Shown piece after piece: positions 24,519-34,788 of a stretch of 64,000 bases of DNA. How positions within the stretch are numbered: position 1 is the first letter of the stretch; each line of letters starts with the position of its first letter. This DNA comes from a virus, in IMG/VR virus record IMGVR_UViG_3300042905_003268, positions 1 through 64,000 of that record; one strand, given 5' to 3'. A program made the translations under genes and the position numbers. The notes under the pieces were generated by a model, which saw nothing but the letters and a program-made list of their open reading frames with translations, was not told the origin of the DNA and did not search any database.

Positions 24519-25166
24519 TTAAATAAAATCTTCATGAACATACCAGTCTTCCCACGCTGATATCTCTGGATATATTCTTTTATATCCATGTGAAGTTAAT
24601 AATTTATATATTGGTTCTTGCATACTTGAATTATTATGCTCACATGTTATTATGTTAAATCTTGTAGAAAAGTCAAAGGCCGATAGAATATCAAATTCCG
24701 AACCCTCAGTATCTATTGATAAATAGTCAACAATACTTGGTGCGTTGTGCTTACTAAGCATGTCTTTCAAAGATATAGTTTCAATTTTATGAACTATATG
24801 ATCTTCTCTAGTTTTTCCCCAATGATCACTATATGCATAATCTGAAATTGTTGAAAGTGCTGGAAATGATGTTTCATAAAATTCTACAACGTCCCCGCTT
24901 TTATTTGATACACACTTATACTCAATACTACAAGACCTGTTTTTAGATATTTCATCAGAGAATATTGGTAATGGCTCTGCTACTATACCAGTCCATCCAT
25001 AATATTTTTCTAAAAGTAAAGTATTGCTTAATTCTATACCATCCATAGCACCAAACTCTACAAAAAATCCTGGACGATCACCATAATAGTAAGTTACTAA
25101 TAAATCTTGGTTATTTTGTGAGTAAGATAATCTTCCAGATTGCAGATATTCTTTTAACGATTTCAT
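24519..25166 (-). CDS. FkbM-family methyltransferase
   Basis: SQNNQD, FFVEFGAMDG..SNT, DYLSIDTEGSE. Confidence 0.88.
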   Translation of the reverse strand: MKSLKEYLQSGRLSYSQNNQDLLVTYYYGDRPGFFVEFGAMDGIELSNTLLLEKYYGWTGIVAEPLPIFSDEISKNRSCSIEYKCVSNKSGDVVEFYETSFPALSTISDYAYSDHWGKTREDHIVHKIETISLKDMLSKHNAPSIVDYLSIDTEGSEFDILSAFDFSTRFNIITCEHNNSSMQEPIYKLLTSHGYKRIYPEISAWEDWYVHEDFI

Positions 25167-25813
25167 AATTCAGAGTACATCCTTTTCAGTCCACTAAAAG
25201 TACCAGCATCAATATAACTACCAGAACATGGAGCATGGGTAGTTACTACCCCATCTTTTATCCAAGAATTGAACTGATCACCTATAACATCTTCCTTAGG
25301 GTCTAGCAATTCTACAGTTTCATTTAAGTATATCGCTCCCCACATTCTTTCAAACGGGCAACTTGAATCCTTATCGATAATGCTTAATACTTTATCTCCC
25401 AATGATTCTATTTGTCCTACTTTACCCTTTAAAAATTCATCACATTCCCATGATGCCAGAACTACTTGAGAATCATTTTCTATCATTCTTCCGTAAAAAT
25501 TATCCTTACTTCCTGATATAAAGGTATCTGGCATCCCAATTACAACCTTATCCGATTTATTATCACAAGTTTTCAATATGGCATCAGCCATACTTGATGG
25601 CTCAACAATGAATATTTCTACATCAAGGTCGAACCTCTCAACTATTGGTAGCCACATTTCTCTAGTAGAAATTCTAATATCATCGCATACTTCTTTCATT
25701 CTATCTACATGCCACTCAAGAAGTGTTTGATTGTCATTTATGGGCAGACAAAATTTTGGTATTCCTCCTAGTCTTGATGCCTTTCCAGAAGCGGGAAGTA
25801 CTCCTAGTATCAT
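25163..25813 (-). CDS. Sugar-phosphate nucleotidyltransferase (RmlA-like)
   Basis: GVLPASGKASRL..PKFCLP, GMPDT, YIDAGT. Confidence 0.85.
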   Translation of the reverse strand: MILGVLPASGKASRLGGIPKFCLPINDNQTLLEWHVDRMKEVCDDIRISTREMWLPIVERFDLDVEIFIVEPSSMADAILKTCDNKSDKVVIGMPDTFISGSKDNFYGRMIENDSQVVLASWECDEFLKGKVGQIESLGDKVLSIIDKDSSCPFERMWGAIYLNETVELLDPKEDVIGDQFNSWIKDGVVTTHAPCSGSYIDAGTFSGLKRMYSEL

Positions 25814-27222
25814 ATTTTCTCTGTATTCTGAACTAAGGATGGCTGACTTTCATCAATACATACTGGCAAATTACATTCTGGATGTAATGTAAATACATTA
25901 AAATTATGTTCATCTGCATGACGGAATATAAACCAATCTGTTGGATAGTCCATTCCATTTTTACAAACGTAGTCATATAATTTTCTAGCCCCAGACTTTG
26001 ATACAACATAACATAGTGTTGACCAGTCCTGATAAGCCTTAACAACATCTCCAGAATCATTACCATTATACCTATCGTATTGATTAGGATGAACAAAAAT
26101 ACTAAAGATATCCCAATCTGAAGGAAGTTTTTCCATCATACTAGAAACTCTTTCAATAAAATCATCGCTAACTACCGCGTCGTCCTCAAAAACTAAAATT
26201 CTATTCATTGATGAATTGATAAGGTACTTCCATGCAATAAAATGACTAGCAAAATTACCAATCTCTCCTGCCTTAAATCCTTCCCAAGATATCTTAAAAT
26301 CTGGGTTGTCTGCAAAAAACTTATCGCGTGATGATTTATCATTGCCATTTAAGCAGGCTAGGCCAAGGTAGTCTCCATTATGCATTATATTGTGAATATT
26401 TTGTTTATTTTTAATCCTATCATCATTAATACTAATTAAATGATAGGGCCAGTTGTGTGCGGGTACATATAGTTCATTAATGTCCACACTACCTCCGTCA
26501 CGACGATGATTTATTAATTTGAATATTCTATCTACTTCTGGTTTAGAAATTCCATTATTTTCATAGAAGTCACTAAAGCATTTTAAAAATTTATTCATTT
26601 CTGAAGTGGCTTGTCCGTGATCATAACTACTTCCTACTGGATGCGTAATAACAAATCTCTTATCTCTACAAATATATAAACCCTTAGATATAGCCATTAT
26701 GTTATACACATAGTCTACTCCCCAGCCAGACTTCATATCAGATAGTTCTACTTCTTTAGATAGATAATCAAAAAAATTAAGCATCTCCTTAGCCAATTCT
26801 TTATTAAGAATTGTGAATACTCCATCTGTTTGTGTTGATATAACTAGATTACCATCTAGTTCTTTTATAGAAGTGGAACCCTCTCCCCATGCCTCATGAG
26901 TAAAATATGGTGCATAGACCCCAATTTTTTCATTTTTTAATTCTTCCTGGGCAGTTTTTATTACCTCTGCAAAGTCTCCCACCAGATCTCCTGCGATAAA
27001 GCAGAATAATTCATCATCAGTATCTGAAAAATCTTTTAGGGCAGCGTAAAATTGACGATAGTACCAGACATTGCCTGTATCCATCCATTGATTATTTAAC
27101 GATGAGTGACTTGAGGAGTTAATTATTTTATAATTTAAATTACTAGATTTTAAGTTATCCTCTATTTTAAGACAGTTATCATACACCGAATCCCAACAAA
27201 CTACATAGGACATTGTATTCAT
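25810..27222 (-). CDS. Two-domain glycosyltransferase (GT-A N-domain plus GT25 C-domain)
   Basis: GEIGNFASH...W, LVFEDDA, CYVVSKSGARKL (GT25); N-domain GWGVD...ITHP. Confidence 0.8.
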   Translation of the reverse strand: MNTMSYVVCWDSVYDNCLKIEDNLKSSNLNYKIINSSSHSSLNNQWMDTGNVWYYRQFYAALKDFSDTDDELFCFIAGDLVGDFAEVIKTAQEELKNEKIGVYAPYFTHEAWGEGSTSIKELDGNLVISTQTDGVFTILNKELAKEMLNFFDYLSKEVELSDMKSGWGVDYVYNIMAISKGLYICRDKRFVITHPVGSSYDHGQATSEMNKFLKCFSDFYENNGISKPEVDRIFKLINHRRDGGSVDINELYVPAHNWPYHLISINDDRIKNKQNIHNIMHNGDYLGLACLNGNDKSSRDKFFADNPDFKISWEGFKAGEIGNFASHFIAWKYLINSSMNRILVFEDDAVVSDDFIERVSSMMEKLPSDWDIFSIFVHPNQYDRYNGNDSGDVVKAYQDWSTLCYVVSKSGARKLYDYVCKNGMDYPTDWFIFRHADEHNFNVFTLHPECNLPVCIDESQPSLVQNTEKI

Positions 27223-27380
27223 TTAGTCCACCTTCTTTGATTCTTTATCAACCCATATTTTTCTAAGGCTCTTTGTATAGTCATGTGAGAACAACCCGCT
27301 TCTTTAGCCATTTGCTGAGTAGTCTTTTTTTCTATTACATATCTTTTTCTAAGCCAATTTATATCTTCATATAGTTTCAT
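27219..27380 (-). CDS. Small HTH DNA-binding protein
   Basis: WLRKRY..EKKT..QMAKEAGCSHMTIQRAL.KYG; not in track. Confidence 0.75.
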   Translation of the reverse strand: MKLYEDINWLRKRYVIEKKTTQQMAKEAGCSHMTIQRALEKYGLIKNQRRWTK

Positions 27381-27940
27381 TATCTCACCATATTATTAGT
27401 AGCATACCATCCAATGCCGCAGGCATCTGCAACATTATCACTTTCAACTACGATTCCCAATTCTTTGCAGAAGTCTATAGTCTTTTGTTTTCTTATCTCT
27501 CTGACCTTGGCTTTATACCAATTTGCTGTTTTACCTGGATATTTTTTTTGTATCTCTAACTTTTCAGCCTTAGTAAAATTTTTGTTTCCTATAAAAGACT
27601 GCCACGTTATTGGATGAACCTCAACAACCTTTCTTCCATCATCGATCAATTCACCCATTATAGCACCAAAAATATACGCCATCTTTAATCCAGTATTAGC
27701 GCTTCTTACCATTACGGCTGCTTCAATGGCTACAAAGTCGGAGGGGAAAGTCTTAGCAATTGATCTTACTTTCTTTTTAGCATCTAGTATTCTTTCATAA
27801 ACATCCCCGCCCTCAAAAAACACCTCGCCCCATTTAATTGGAGTTTTATTTTCAAAAAGGCAGAACGCCACAGACCTAGTACTTGCATCTATGCCCAAAA
27901 CTTTTTTATCTGGGGACTTAGCCAATTTAGCGAGAGACAT
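27380..27940 (-). CDS. RuvC-like Holliday junction resolvase
   Basis: VLGIDAST, VAIE, DNVADACGI. Confidence 0.85.
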   Translation of the reverse strand: MSLAKLAKSPDKKVLGIDASTRSVAFCLFENKTPIKWGEVFFEGGDVYERILDAKKKVRSIAKTFPSDFVAIEAAVMVRSANTGLKMAYIFGAIMGELIDDGRKVVEVHPITWQSFIGNKNFTKAEKLEIQKKYPGKTANWYKAKVREIRKQKTIDFCKELGIVVESDNVADACGIGWYATNNMVR

Positions 27941-28211
27941 TAAATATCCTTAATAAACTATCTCTATTATTTTTATTTTCTTTAGCAACACACTCGCTAC
28001 ATATATCTAATTCATTATATCTGCTTAGGGTATTCTTGCACCCGCGATTTTTACAAATTCTTTTTTTACCAGAAAGTCTTTCTTTTTCTGCGTAATACTT
28101 TTCTCTAATTTTTTTATTGGTGGCTTCCCTGCAGCATTCATCAGAACAATATTTTTGATTATGGGTAGTTTTTGAGAATTCTTTATCACATCCGTCGTTG
28201 GCACAAATCAT
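27927..28211 (-). CDS. Cys-rich hypothetical protein
   Basis: Multiple Cys pairs, QKYCS.EC. Confidence 0.75.
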   Translation of the reverse strand: MICANDGCDKEFSKTTHNQKYCSDECCREATNKKIREKYYAEKERLSGKKRICKNRGCKNTLSRYNELDICSECVAKENKNNRDSLLRIFNVSR

Positions 28212-28993
28212 TTGGGTGGCACCAATACCTTTATTACTTCTTCACCATCGCCGTATTTATTATTTTTAACAGACCAACAATGTTTCTTAACAGGGCAATT
28301 TGCACATGTGTAAGAAGTTTTAGCGAAACCTCTAGATGGAATAATGTTTTCAGTATAAGTCTTATATACTTCTCTCATCCACTCAAAGGTGTCACTAATT
28401 ATTTTTTCGTTTCGTTCGTTCATGCTAATTGGGATGATACAGATTTCTTGAGTATTCTTATTCTCATACAACAAGAATCCTTCTGTCGCGCCCTCTACCT
28501 TCATGTAAGTAAGTATCTGTAGAAGGTGGTTAGACGATGGTTTCATAGAAGACTGACGATGAATAAACTGCTCTTCTTTAGTAGTCTTTATTTCACCAAT
28601 GATCTCTGTATCATTCCAATCCAGCACAACATCAGCAAATCCTCTAATTGGTGGATCTTCTGAAATAATTTCCCGCTCTGTTTCCTTTAATACGCCAGTC
28701 TCTTCAATAATCTTCTGCAATCTTTCATGTGCGTATGTTCCGTTAAGCATATTTGCAATCGCGGTAGCGTCGAACTTTTCATCGAACTCTTCTCCACTAA
28801 AAGCAATAAACCAATATCTGGGGCAATTTCCATGTCCATAACCTACTGTACTAGGACTAAATGTTTTTTTCTGAGTGTTCTTTTTACCGCGACGGCGAGC
28901 ATTATATGCATCATCAATTAATTTAGAAAACTCTCCATAATCAAACCCGTCCACTTTTTTAAACTTAAGACTTTTTACAACATTCTTACTCAT
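28208..28993 (-). CDS. Cas4-like PD-(D/E)xK exonuclease
   Basis: CPR.W, RG.AD, EIKT, Q...Y, C-terminal CxxC.....C. Confidence 0.85.
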   Translation of the reverse strand: MSKNVVKSLKFKKVDGFDYGEFSKLIDDAYNARRRGKKNTQKKTFSPSTVGYGHGNCPRYWFIAFSGEEFDEKFDATAIANMLNGTYAHERLQKIIEETGVLKETEREIISEDPPIRGFADVVLDWNDTEIIGEIKTTKEEQFIHRQSSMKPSSNHLLQILTYMKVEGATEGFLLYENKNTQEICIIPISMNERNEKIISDTFEWMREVYKTYTENIIPSRGFAKTSYTCANCPVKKHCWSVKNNKYGDGEEVIKVLVPPK

Positions 28994-29307
28994 AAGCCAA
29001 ACCTCGCATTGTATTTTAGAGCATCTACTAGTTTATTTACTGCTTCTGCTGTAGTATAATAGACATTCTTTTTCTTAGAGGCTTCCGGCCCCTTCTCAAA
29101 AGTGGTGTAGTATCTTGACATTATCTGCAACTTCGCGGCTATTGCCTGAAGTCTTGTAATTATTTCTGGTGCCTTGGCAGCAGGAACATCAGGCTTTGCA
29201 ATAAGTTTAATTATTAATTCCATAGCCGCATCTAAATCAGGGTCTTTCATAAACTCTGATATTTCATTTAACTCTGTTATTTCACTAATTGTTTCTATCA
29301 CGTTCAT
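28990..29307 (-). CDS. Hypothetical helical protein
   Basis: ORF track. Confidence 0.75.
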   Translation of the reverse strand: MNVIETISEITELNEISEFMKDPDLDAAMELIIKLIAKPDVPAAKAPEIITRLQAIAAKLQIMSRYYTTFEKGPEASKKKNVYYTTAEAVNKLVDALKYNARFGL

Positions 29308-29596
29308 AAGCCTCTACCAATTCTTCTAGAACATCCCATTCTACTACTGCCAGACGAACCTTGGATGCGCCCTCACCAATAATTAACTTTAGCAGAGGGT
29401 GCATACTTCTATCTACACGAAATGTATCTGTGCATATCTTTGCCCACATTTCTTTATTAACTGTTACTGACTTAGCAGTCTCTTTATAATCAACTACAAA
29501 GTTGTGCCACTTTGCATCACCCTTTTGATACTGCCCTCGTCCAGAATTTTTCTGTCCCTTAGCACCATCTCTTTTTATTTCATTAGCCTCAGACAT
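29285..29596 (-). CDS. Hjc-like resolvase / PD-(D/E)xK nuclease
   Basis: NSGRG..KGD...VDYKE. Confidence 0.65.
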   Translation of the reverse strand: MSEANEIKRDGAKGQKNSGRGQYQKGDAKWHNFVVDYKETAKSVTVNKEMWAKICTDTFRVDRSMHPLLKLIIGEGASKVRLAVVEWDVLEELVEAYERDRNN

Positions 29597-29775
29597 TAAA
29601 TTTTTACCTTTGATTGATGATTATTGGAGCATCTATAAGTTAATATCATTTTTTCTTCATCTAGCCATCCTACAGAGGCACGCTCTTCGCACTCCTGACA
29701 GGAAAGAGATCCATTAACCTCAGTTAGATTTTCTTTTTTTACTGAACCAAGGAAGTCCTCTAACGACTCAGCCAT
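29596..29775 (-). CDS. 59 aa Zn-binding microprotein
   Basis: SCQEC...CSNNH; not in track. Confidence 0.65.
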   Translation of the reverse strand: MAESLEDFLGSVKKENLTEVNGSLSCQECEERASVGWLDEEKMILTYRCSNNHQSKVKI

Positions 29776-30766
29776 AGATCATCGATTCTAATGTATCTAC
29801 TACCTCTGGATTTTCCCTGAGATATTGAACAGCCTTAGCCCTACCCTGGAGCCTTTCTCCAAGTACTGTATACCAGGCTCCACCGCGTTCTACTTTACCC
29901 ATCATTTCGGCTACGTCTAATACTTCTGCTACACGATCTACTCCAACATGAGATCCCTGGTAATAAAAATCATATTGTCCAGAAAGATTTGGTGGGCCAA
30001 GTTTATTATAGTCAATTATCCAGTTTACTGGACGACCTACTTTTTGCTGTATAAACTTATCTCCTACCTGAACATCATCCTTAATTTGATTAGCCTCTGC
30101 CTCTGATGACCATAATTTAATTACAGTACTAGAAAAAAACTTTACAGCCATTCCACCTGTTGGAATATGAGAGGCGTGCATACTTCCAAACTGGTTTCTT
30201 TGTTGGCTAATCAATACGAGCAGAGTGTTCTTATTGGCGTAGTTAAGCATCTTAACCGCATGTGTCATATCCTTGGCTTCTGCACCGATCTGCTTGGTAT
30301 CTTGAAGTTGTTTAAGATCGTCGCCATCTTTGTCAAAGTATATGGCTGGGAGTAGTGCTGAAATAGAATCTACTACAATAATATCTACTCCTGCCTCCAT
30401 CAATCCTGTCCCAACATCTACCATATCATTTATAGTTTTTGCAGGAGAGTAAATAATATTAGAAGAATCTACACCTAATTTAGATGCCCAGTCTGCTGAA
30501 TAAGAAGATTCAGAATCAATCCAAGCACAGGTCTTTCCCTCTTTCTGGGCCATTCCAAGCATCTGTAGACAGAAGGATGATTTACCAGCACTTTTATTTC
30601 CCCATACTAAGACTTGCCTTCCAAATCCTAGACCGCCCTTTAGTGCTTCATTAAGTCCTATGCTGGGTGTTGGCTGCTTTTGTACGTCTACTTCTGTTGC
30701 TAGTTGAATTCTTTGTCTTGTTTTTGGATCTAGTTTCGCCAGAATTTCTTCTGCGACCATCATCAT
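29768..30766 (-). CDS. recA: RecA-like recombinase
   Basis: GNKSAGKS Walker A, WIDSE, IVVDSISAL, GGMAVKF. Confidence 0.9.
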   Translation of the reverse strand: MMMVAEEILAKLDPKTRQRIQLATEVDVQKQPTPSIGLNEALKGGLGFGRQVLVWGNKSAGKSSFCLQMLGMAQKEGKTCAWIDSESSYSADWASKLGVDSSNIIYSPAKTINDMVDVGTGLMEAGVDIIVVDSISALLPAIYFDKDGDDLKQLQDTKQIGAEAKDMTHAVKMLNYANKNTLLVLISQQRNQFGSMHASHIPTGGMAVKFFSSTVIKLWSSEAEANQIKDDVQVGDKFIQQKVGRPVNWIIDYNKLGPPNLSGQYDFYYQGSHVGVDRVAEVLDVAEMMGKVERGGAWYTVLGERLQGRAKAVQYLRENPEVVDTLESMIYG

Positions 30767-30920
30767 TTAAACTCTTTTCTAATTCTAGAGCGAACTCTTT
30801 AAAATCTTTTCTTCTGCTCGCGGCTATTCTATCTATGATTTGTAATATTACTTCATAGTCTTCTGACCTTATTACTAAAAGATATTCATCTTCTACACTA
30901 GTCAGGACATAGCCTTCCAT
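30651..30920 (-). CDS. Hypothetical protein (3' tail overlaps recA)
   Basis: TGATATAAT promoter upstream. Confidence 0.55.
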   Translation of the reverse strand: MEGYVLTSVEDEYLLVIRSEDYEVILQIIDRIAASRRKDFKEFALELEKSLNDDGRRRNSGETRSKNKTKNSTSNRSRRTKAANTQHRT

Positions 30921-30935
30921 TATATATCTATTATA

Positions 30936-31277
30936 TCATCCACGGGTGCCGTGAAGTTTTTCCCTACTTTTATTTATTAAAGCCTTATCCCTCAATGTAT
31001 TATGAATTGATGGTAGTTCTCTAACTCTCATCTTGTTCATTCCCGCCCAAAGATCTAGGACACGAATAATAATATCTGCAAGTTCTTCAACAAACTTGTC
31101 GTCGCCCTGATTCTTTCGTAGTGCTTCTAGTGCTTCAGTAACTTCAGAATGAATCATTGCAAGTTGCTTTGCATAAAAAATAAAGTCGTCTTCTGATTCC
31201 ATACGGCTCAGGGGACTCCAAAAACCTTTTTCAATTGCTGTCTCGTTAAGGCTTTTTGCTAAATCATCAAGATGCAT
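30936..31277 (-). CDS. MazG-like NTP pyrophosphohydrolase
   Basis: IHSEVTEALEA, EELADIIIRVLD. Confidence 0.85.
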   Translation of the reverse strand: MHLDDLAKSLNETAIEKGFWSPLSRMESEDDFIFYAKQLAMIHSEVTEALEALRKNQGDDKFVEELADIIIRVLDLWAGMNKMRVRELPSIHNTLRDKALINKSREKLHGTRG

Positions 31278-31455
31278 CTGGCTCCTCCAGAGTTATCTCA
31301 AACATCTCTGTTTCGTCATTGAAATCAATTCTTAATTGATAACTTTCATCTACTTCTTCTAGCAATGCCTGTGGACTTACTTCTACCTTTTCGTATCTTT
31401 TAAGGATAGCCATAAGTACTTTTCCTAGATTAAGTTCTACTGATTGCTCACTCAT
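31267..31455 (-). CDS. Hypothetical protein
   Basis: GTGA coupling to dnaE. Confidence 0.65.
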   Translation of the reverse strand: MSEQSVELNLGKVLMAILKRYEKVEVSPQALLEEVDESYQLRIDFNDETEMFEITLEEPDAS

Positions 31456-34400
31456 CCTACATTCCTAACTGTTAGTGTTCCATCTTCCATTTTTCCAATT
31501 TGTAAATCAACAATTGTTCCCGCCTTCATTTTACCTAATGCTTGTGCATATAATTTCGGGAACACAATAAGCCTTTGCATTTCTTTATCCTTATTGGACA
31601 CAATAACATGTGCCATCATCTTGCCAGCCTTAGTCTTGTAGTTAGTAAAATCTACTACAAACTTTTCTCCTTCTCCAGCAAGAACTTCTTCCATGTAAAG
31701 AAACTCAACAAAAGGGTCTGGTCTACGATCAACTACGTCCTCTATAGTAACATATCGATGAATTCGATTGTCTCCCACTAGAAAGAAGTACATGTTTCCT
31801 GTTTCGATCTGTGTATTTTCGGAATGAAAGATTCCGATTGCTCCAGTATCGTCTACCAATTCTACTCTTGACCATCCCTGCCCCTTCTTAATTGATTTAA
31901 CCATAGCCAGGAGAACATAGCATCCATCTTCCGTAAAATCTTCTAGAGGAGATACCTGTGATCTGACAAATGGGGTGATTCCCTTAACATCGAACTTAGG
32001 GATATTTAGATACTCATAGTAATTCTCAGATTCATTACCAGTACGGGGATTATCATCGAATGCTGCTCCGCCAATTGCATTAAGTGCAGAAATGGCACGG
32101 CTATTTACACCACTACCTTTCTTCTGAGAAAATTCTAGCAATTCTTCATAGTTTTTAAATGGCCTAGCAGCGATCAACTTGTTGCTAATGCTTTCACTAA
32201 TAAACTTAATATCAGCAAGGCCGAATCTAATACTGTCTCCCTGCAGACTAAAATCTATCTCAGATTCATTAACGTGTGGAAGAAGAACCTTTAGACTAAG
32301 CCGCTTTGCTTCTAGTAAATATTCAGTTCTTGCGTCCTTATCTCCCTCGTTTTTTAGAATGGCAAAGATGAATTCTAGAGGATAGTAGTGCTTTAGCCAC
32401 GCCGTCCAATACGAGAGCATAGAGTACGCAACAGCGTGAGAACGATTAAAGGAATAGCCAGCATGAGCCTCAAAGTCATGCCAAAGATGCTCTGCCTCCT
32501 CCTGGCTAATGTGACTTGAAGCCCCAGAAATAAATTTTTCTTTGAATTGATCGAATTCCTTTGCATCCTTCTTCTTTCCAATAATCTTACGAACCTTATC
32601 TGCCTCTGCCCAAGTCATTCCACCAAGATGTACGCAAGCCTGCATTACCTGTTCCTGATAAATAATAACGCCATATGTACGCTCAGTAAATGGCTTCATT
32701 ATCTCATGGACGTATTTAATTTGTTCCCGCCCCTGCTTGCGTGCAATGTACGCTGCGCCTACAGTATTCATAGCGCCAGGACGCACTAGAGCATTAGAAG
32801 CAACCAGATCCTCAAATCTTTCTACACCCATCTTAATTAGCAGATTGGTATAAGGAGTTGCTTCTGCCTGGAACACACCCTTGGTAAATCCATTAGATAG
32901 ATCTTGATAAACTAATTCATCTTCTAGTGAAATAGAGTGTAAATCAATATTCTTACCATGACGATCCTTGATGATATCTAGCGTATCTTTTACGACAGAA
33001 AGAGTCTTAAGTCCTAGAGCATCTAATTTAATCAGTCCAATATCTGCTGCCTGCTCCATGTCATAGGCTACAACTGGAACTCTACCACTAACCTTATCGT
33101 TAGCATCACTCCTAGTTTCCATTGGAGCGTACTTTGAAATAGGCTCCTTTGCAACAACTACTCCTGCCGCGTGAACACCTACTGCACGGATACGACCGCG
33201 CAACTTACTAGCCAAGTCTGTAACTTCTGGATACTTGTCACGGAACCAGCGAGTATTCTGATTAGACTCAAAATCTTCCCAAGTCTCAATGCCCTTGAGA
33301 GCCTTGTTTACATCTCCTAGAGGTACTGCAAACACGCGGGAGGCGTCACGAACGACTCCTTTATCCTTAAAATACTGAAAGGTAGAAATGCTGGCAACGT
33401 TCTTAAACTTTTTTCGTAGGTATTCCTTGACCTCGTTACGACGCCTGTCCATAAAGTCTGTATCAATATCTGGGAAGTCGTTTCGTTCTGGATTAATAAA
33501 TCTGAAGAACAGTAGATCATATTCAATAGGATCTACTTCTGTAATTCCTAGAAGGAAGCAAACTAGAGAGCCTGCTGCTGATCCTCTTCCTGGACCTACT
33601 AAAATATCCGCACCCTTGGCGTACTGAATCATATCAGCAACAACTAGAAAGTATGAAGCAAAGTCCTTATCTTCAATTACTCCAAGTTCCTCGTCTAACC
33701 TGGCACGGTACTCATCATTTTCTAATCCTCTTTCTGAGAGAGACTTTTCGCAGAGTTCCCGCAACTGTGTGTTTGGATTCTTCTTTGGCTTAGGAAGAAG
33801 GGATAGATTCTCATAATACTCATATTCTCCAATCTTATCTGCAATCTCTAAAGTGCTTTCATAGATATCTGTGCGATCAATCCCAGACTTCTTGTACCAA
33901 CTATCAATATCTAGTCGGCTCTGAATGAATAGGTCCCATCCCTCAAAGGAGATAGGACGTTCTGGGTACAGATGATTAAGCCTTTCGAATACATCCTTGA
34001 TCTGCTTGCCAGATGCGTAAGATGCATCCTTATTCATATTAGGCTTAGTGGACAGGATAAGTAGTGCTTCCTCTACCGCCCTTTGATCCTCACGGGCAAA
34101 ATGGCAGTCGGATGTAGTGACTGGCTTTACCTTGTACTCATCTGCTAGATTAAGTAGTGAATGATTAACCTCTGGTGGGTTGTGTGGCTGAACCTCCATG
34201 TAAAAGTCATCTTCAAAGCGGTTCTTAAACCACTTTAGCATATTGCGAGCCTTCTCCTCGTCCCCGCGCTGAATTGCCTTAGTGATAAGACCATTAAGGC
34301 ATCCTGAGAGAACAATAAGGCCATCTCCATAATCACTCAACACTTCAAAGTCGATTCGTGGCTTACGGTAGAAACCTTCATTCCAGGCCAACTCAGATAA

Positions 34401-34727
34401 CTTCTGAAGATTCTGTAGCCCATCCTGATTCTTGGCAAGTAAGATGATGTGATTGAATACCTGAGTATTGTCGTCACGACTCTTAATGTCTCGCTTGTCG
34501 AATCTATCTGTCTCTGAGATATAAGCCTCTACACCTAGGATTGGTTTTAGTCCCGCCTCGCGTGCTGACTTCTGCATATCGCGGTGGGAAGATAGTGTGC
34601 CGTGATCTGTCACAGCGAGAGCCGTCTGACCAAGATCCTTTGCGGCTGACAATAATTCTGCTGGTGAGGAAAGGCCATCCATTAGGCTATAATGGCTATG
34701 AACATGTAGATGTACTAAATCAGTCAC
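31452..34727 (-). CDS. dnaE: DNA polymerase III alpha subunit
   Basis: PHP HLHVHSHYS.MDG, GPGRGSAAGS, FPDIDTDF, YSFNRSHA; no intein seen. Confidence 0.96.
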   Translation of the reverse strand: MTDLVHLHVHSHYSLMDGLSSPAELLSAAKDLGQTALAVTDHGTLSSHRDMQKSAREAGLKPILGVEAYISETDRFDKRDIKSRDDNTQVFNHIILLAKNQDGLQNLQKLSELAWNEGFYRKPRIDFEVLSDYGDGLIVLSGCLNGLITKAIQRGDEEKARNMLKWFKNRFEDDFYMEVQPHNPPEVNHSLLNLADEYKVKPVTTSDCHFAREDQRAVEEALLILSTKPNMNKDASYASGKQIKDVFERLNHLYPERPISFEGWDLFIQSRLDIDSWYKKSGIDRTDIYESTLEIADKIGEYEYYENLSLLPKPKKNPNTQLRELCEKSLSERGLENDEYRARLDEELGVIEDKDFASYFLVVADMIQYAKGADILVGPGRGSAAGSLVCFLLGITEVDPIEYDLLFFRFINPERNDFPDIDTDFMDRRRNEVKEYLRKKFKNVASISTFQYFKDKGVVRDASRVFAVPLGDVNKALKGIETWEDFESNQNTRWFRDKYPEVTDLASKLRGRIRAVGVHAAGVVVAKEPISKYAPMETRSDANDKVSGRVPVVAYDMEQAADIGLIKLDALGLKTLSVVKDTLDIIKDRHGKNIDLHSISLEDELVYQDLSNGFTKGVFQAEATPYTNLLIKMGVERFEDLVASNALVRPGAMNTVGAAYIARKQGREQIKYVHEIMKPFTERTYGVIIYQEQVMQACVHLGGMTWAEADKVRKIIGKKKDAKEFDQFKEKFISGASSHISQEEAEHLWHDFEAHAGYSFNRSHAVAYSMLSYWTAWLKHYYPLEFIFAILKNEGDKDARTEYLLEAKRLSLKVLLPHVNESEIDFSLQGDSIRFGLADIKFISESISNKLIAARPFKNYEELLEFSQKKGSGVNSRAISALNAIGGAAFDDNPRTGNESENYYEYLNIPKFDVKGITPFVRSQVSPLEDFTEDGCYVLLAMVKSIKKGQGWSRVELVDDTGAIGIFHSENTQIETGNMYFFLVGDNRIHRYVTIEDVVDRRPDPFVEFLYMEEVLAGEGEKFVVDFTNYKTKAGKMMAHVIVSNKDKEMQRLIVFPKLYAQALGKMKAGTIVDLQIGKMEDGTLTVRNVG

Positions 34728-34744
34728 TTGTCTCCTATAATGCT

Positions 34745-34772
34745 GCTAGGGCGGTATTTCTACCGCCCTAGC
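34745..34772. terminator. GC-rich hairpin between ssb and dnaE
   Basis: GCTAGGGCGGTA-TTTC-TACCGCCCTAGC. Confidence 0.6.
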
Positions 34773-34788
34773 GTAGCATGTCTTCTAT

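Noticed and set aside
28208-28993. Cas4-like gene as evidence of a CRISPR system
   Set aside because: No cas1/cas2 and no repeat-spacer array seen; it sits in a RecA/RuvC block, typical of solo phage Cas4-like exonucleases
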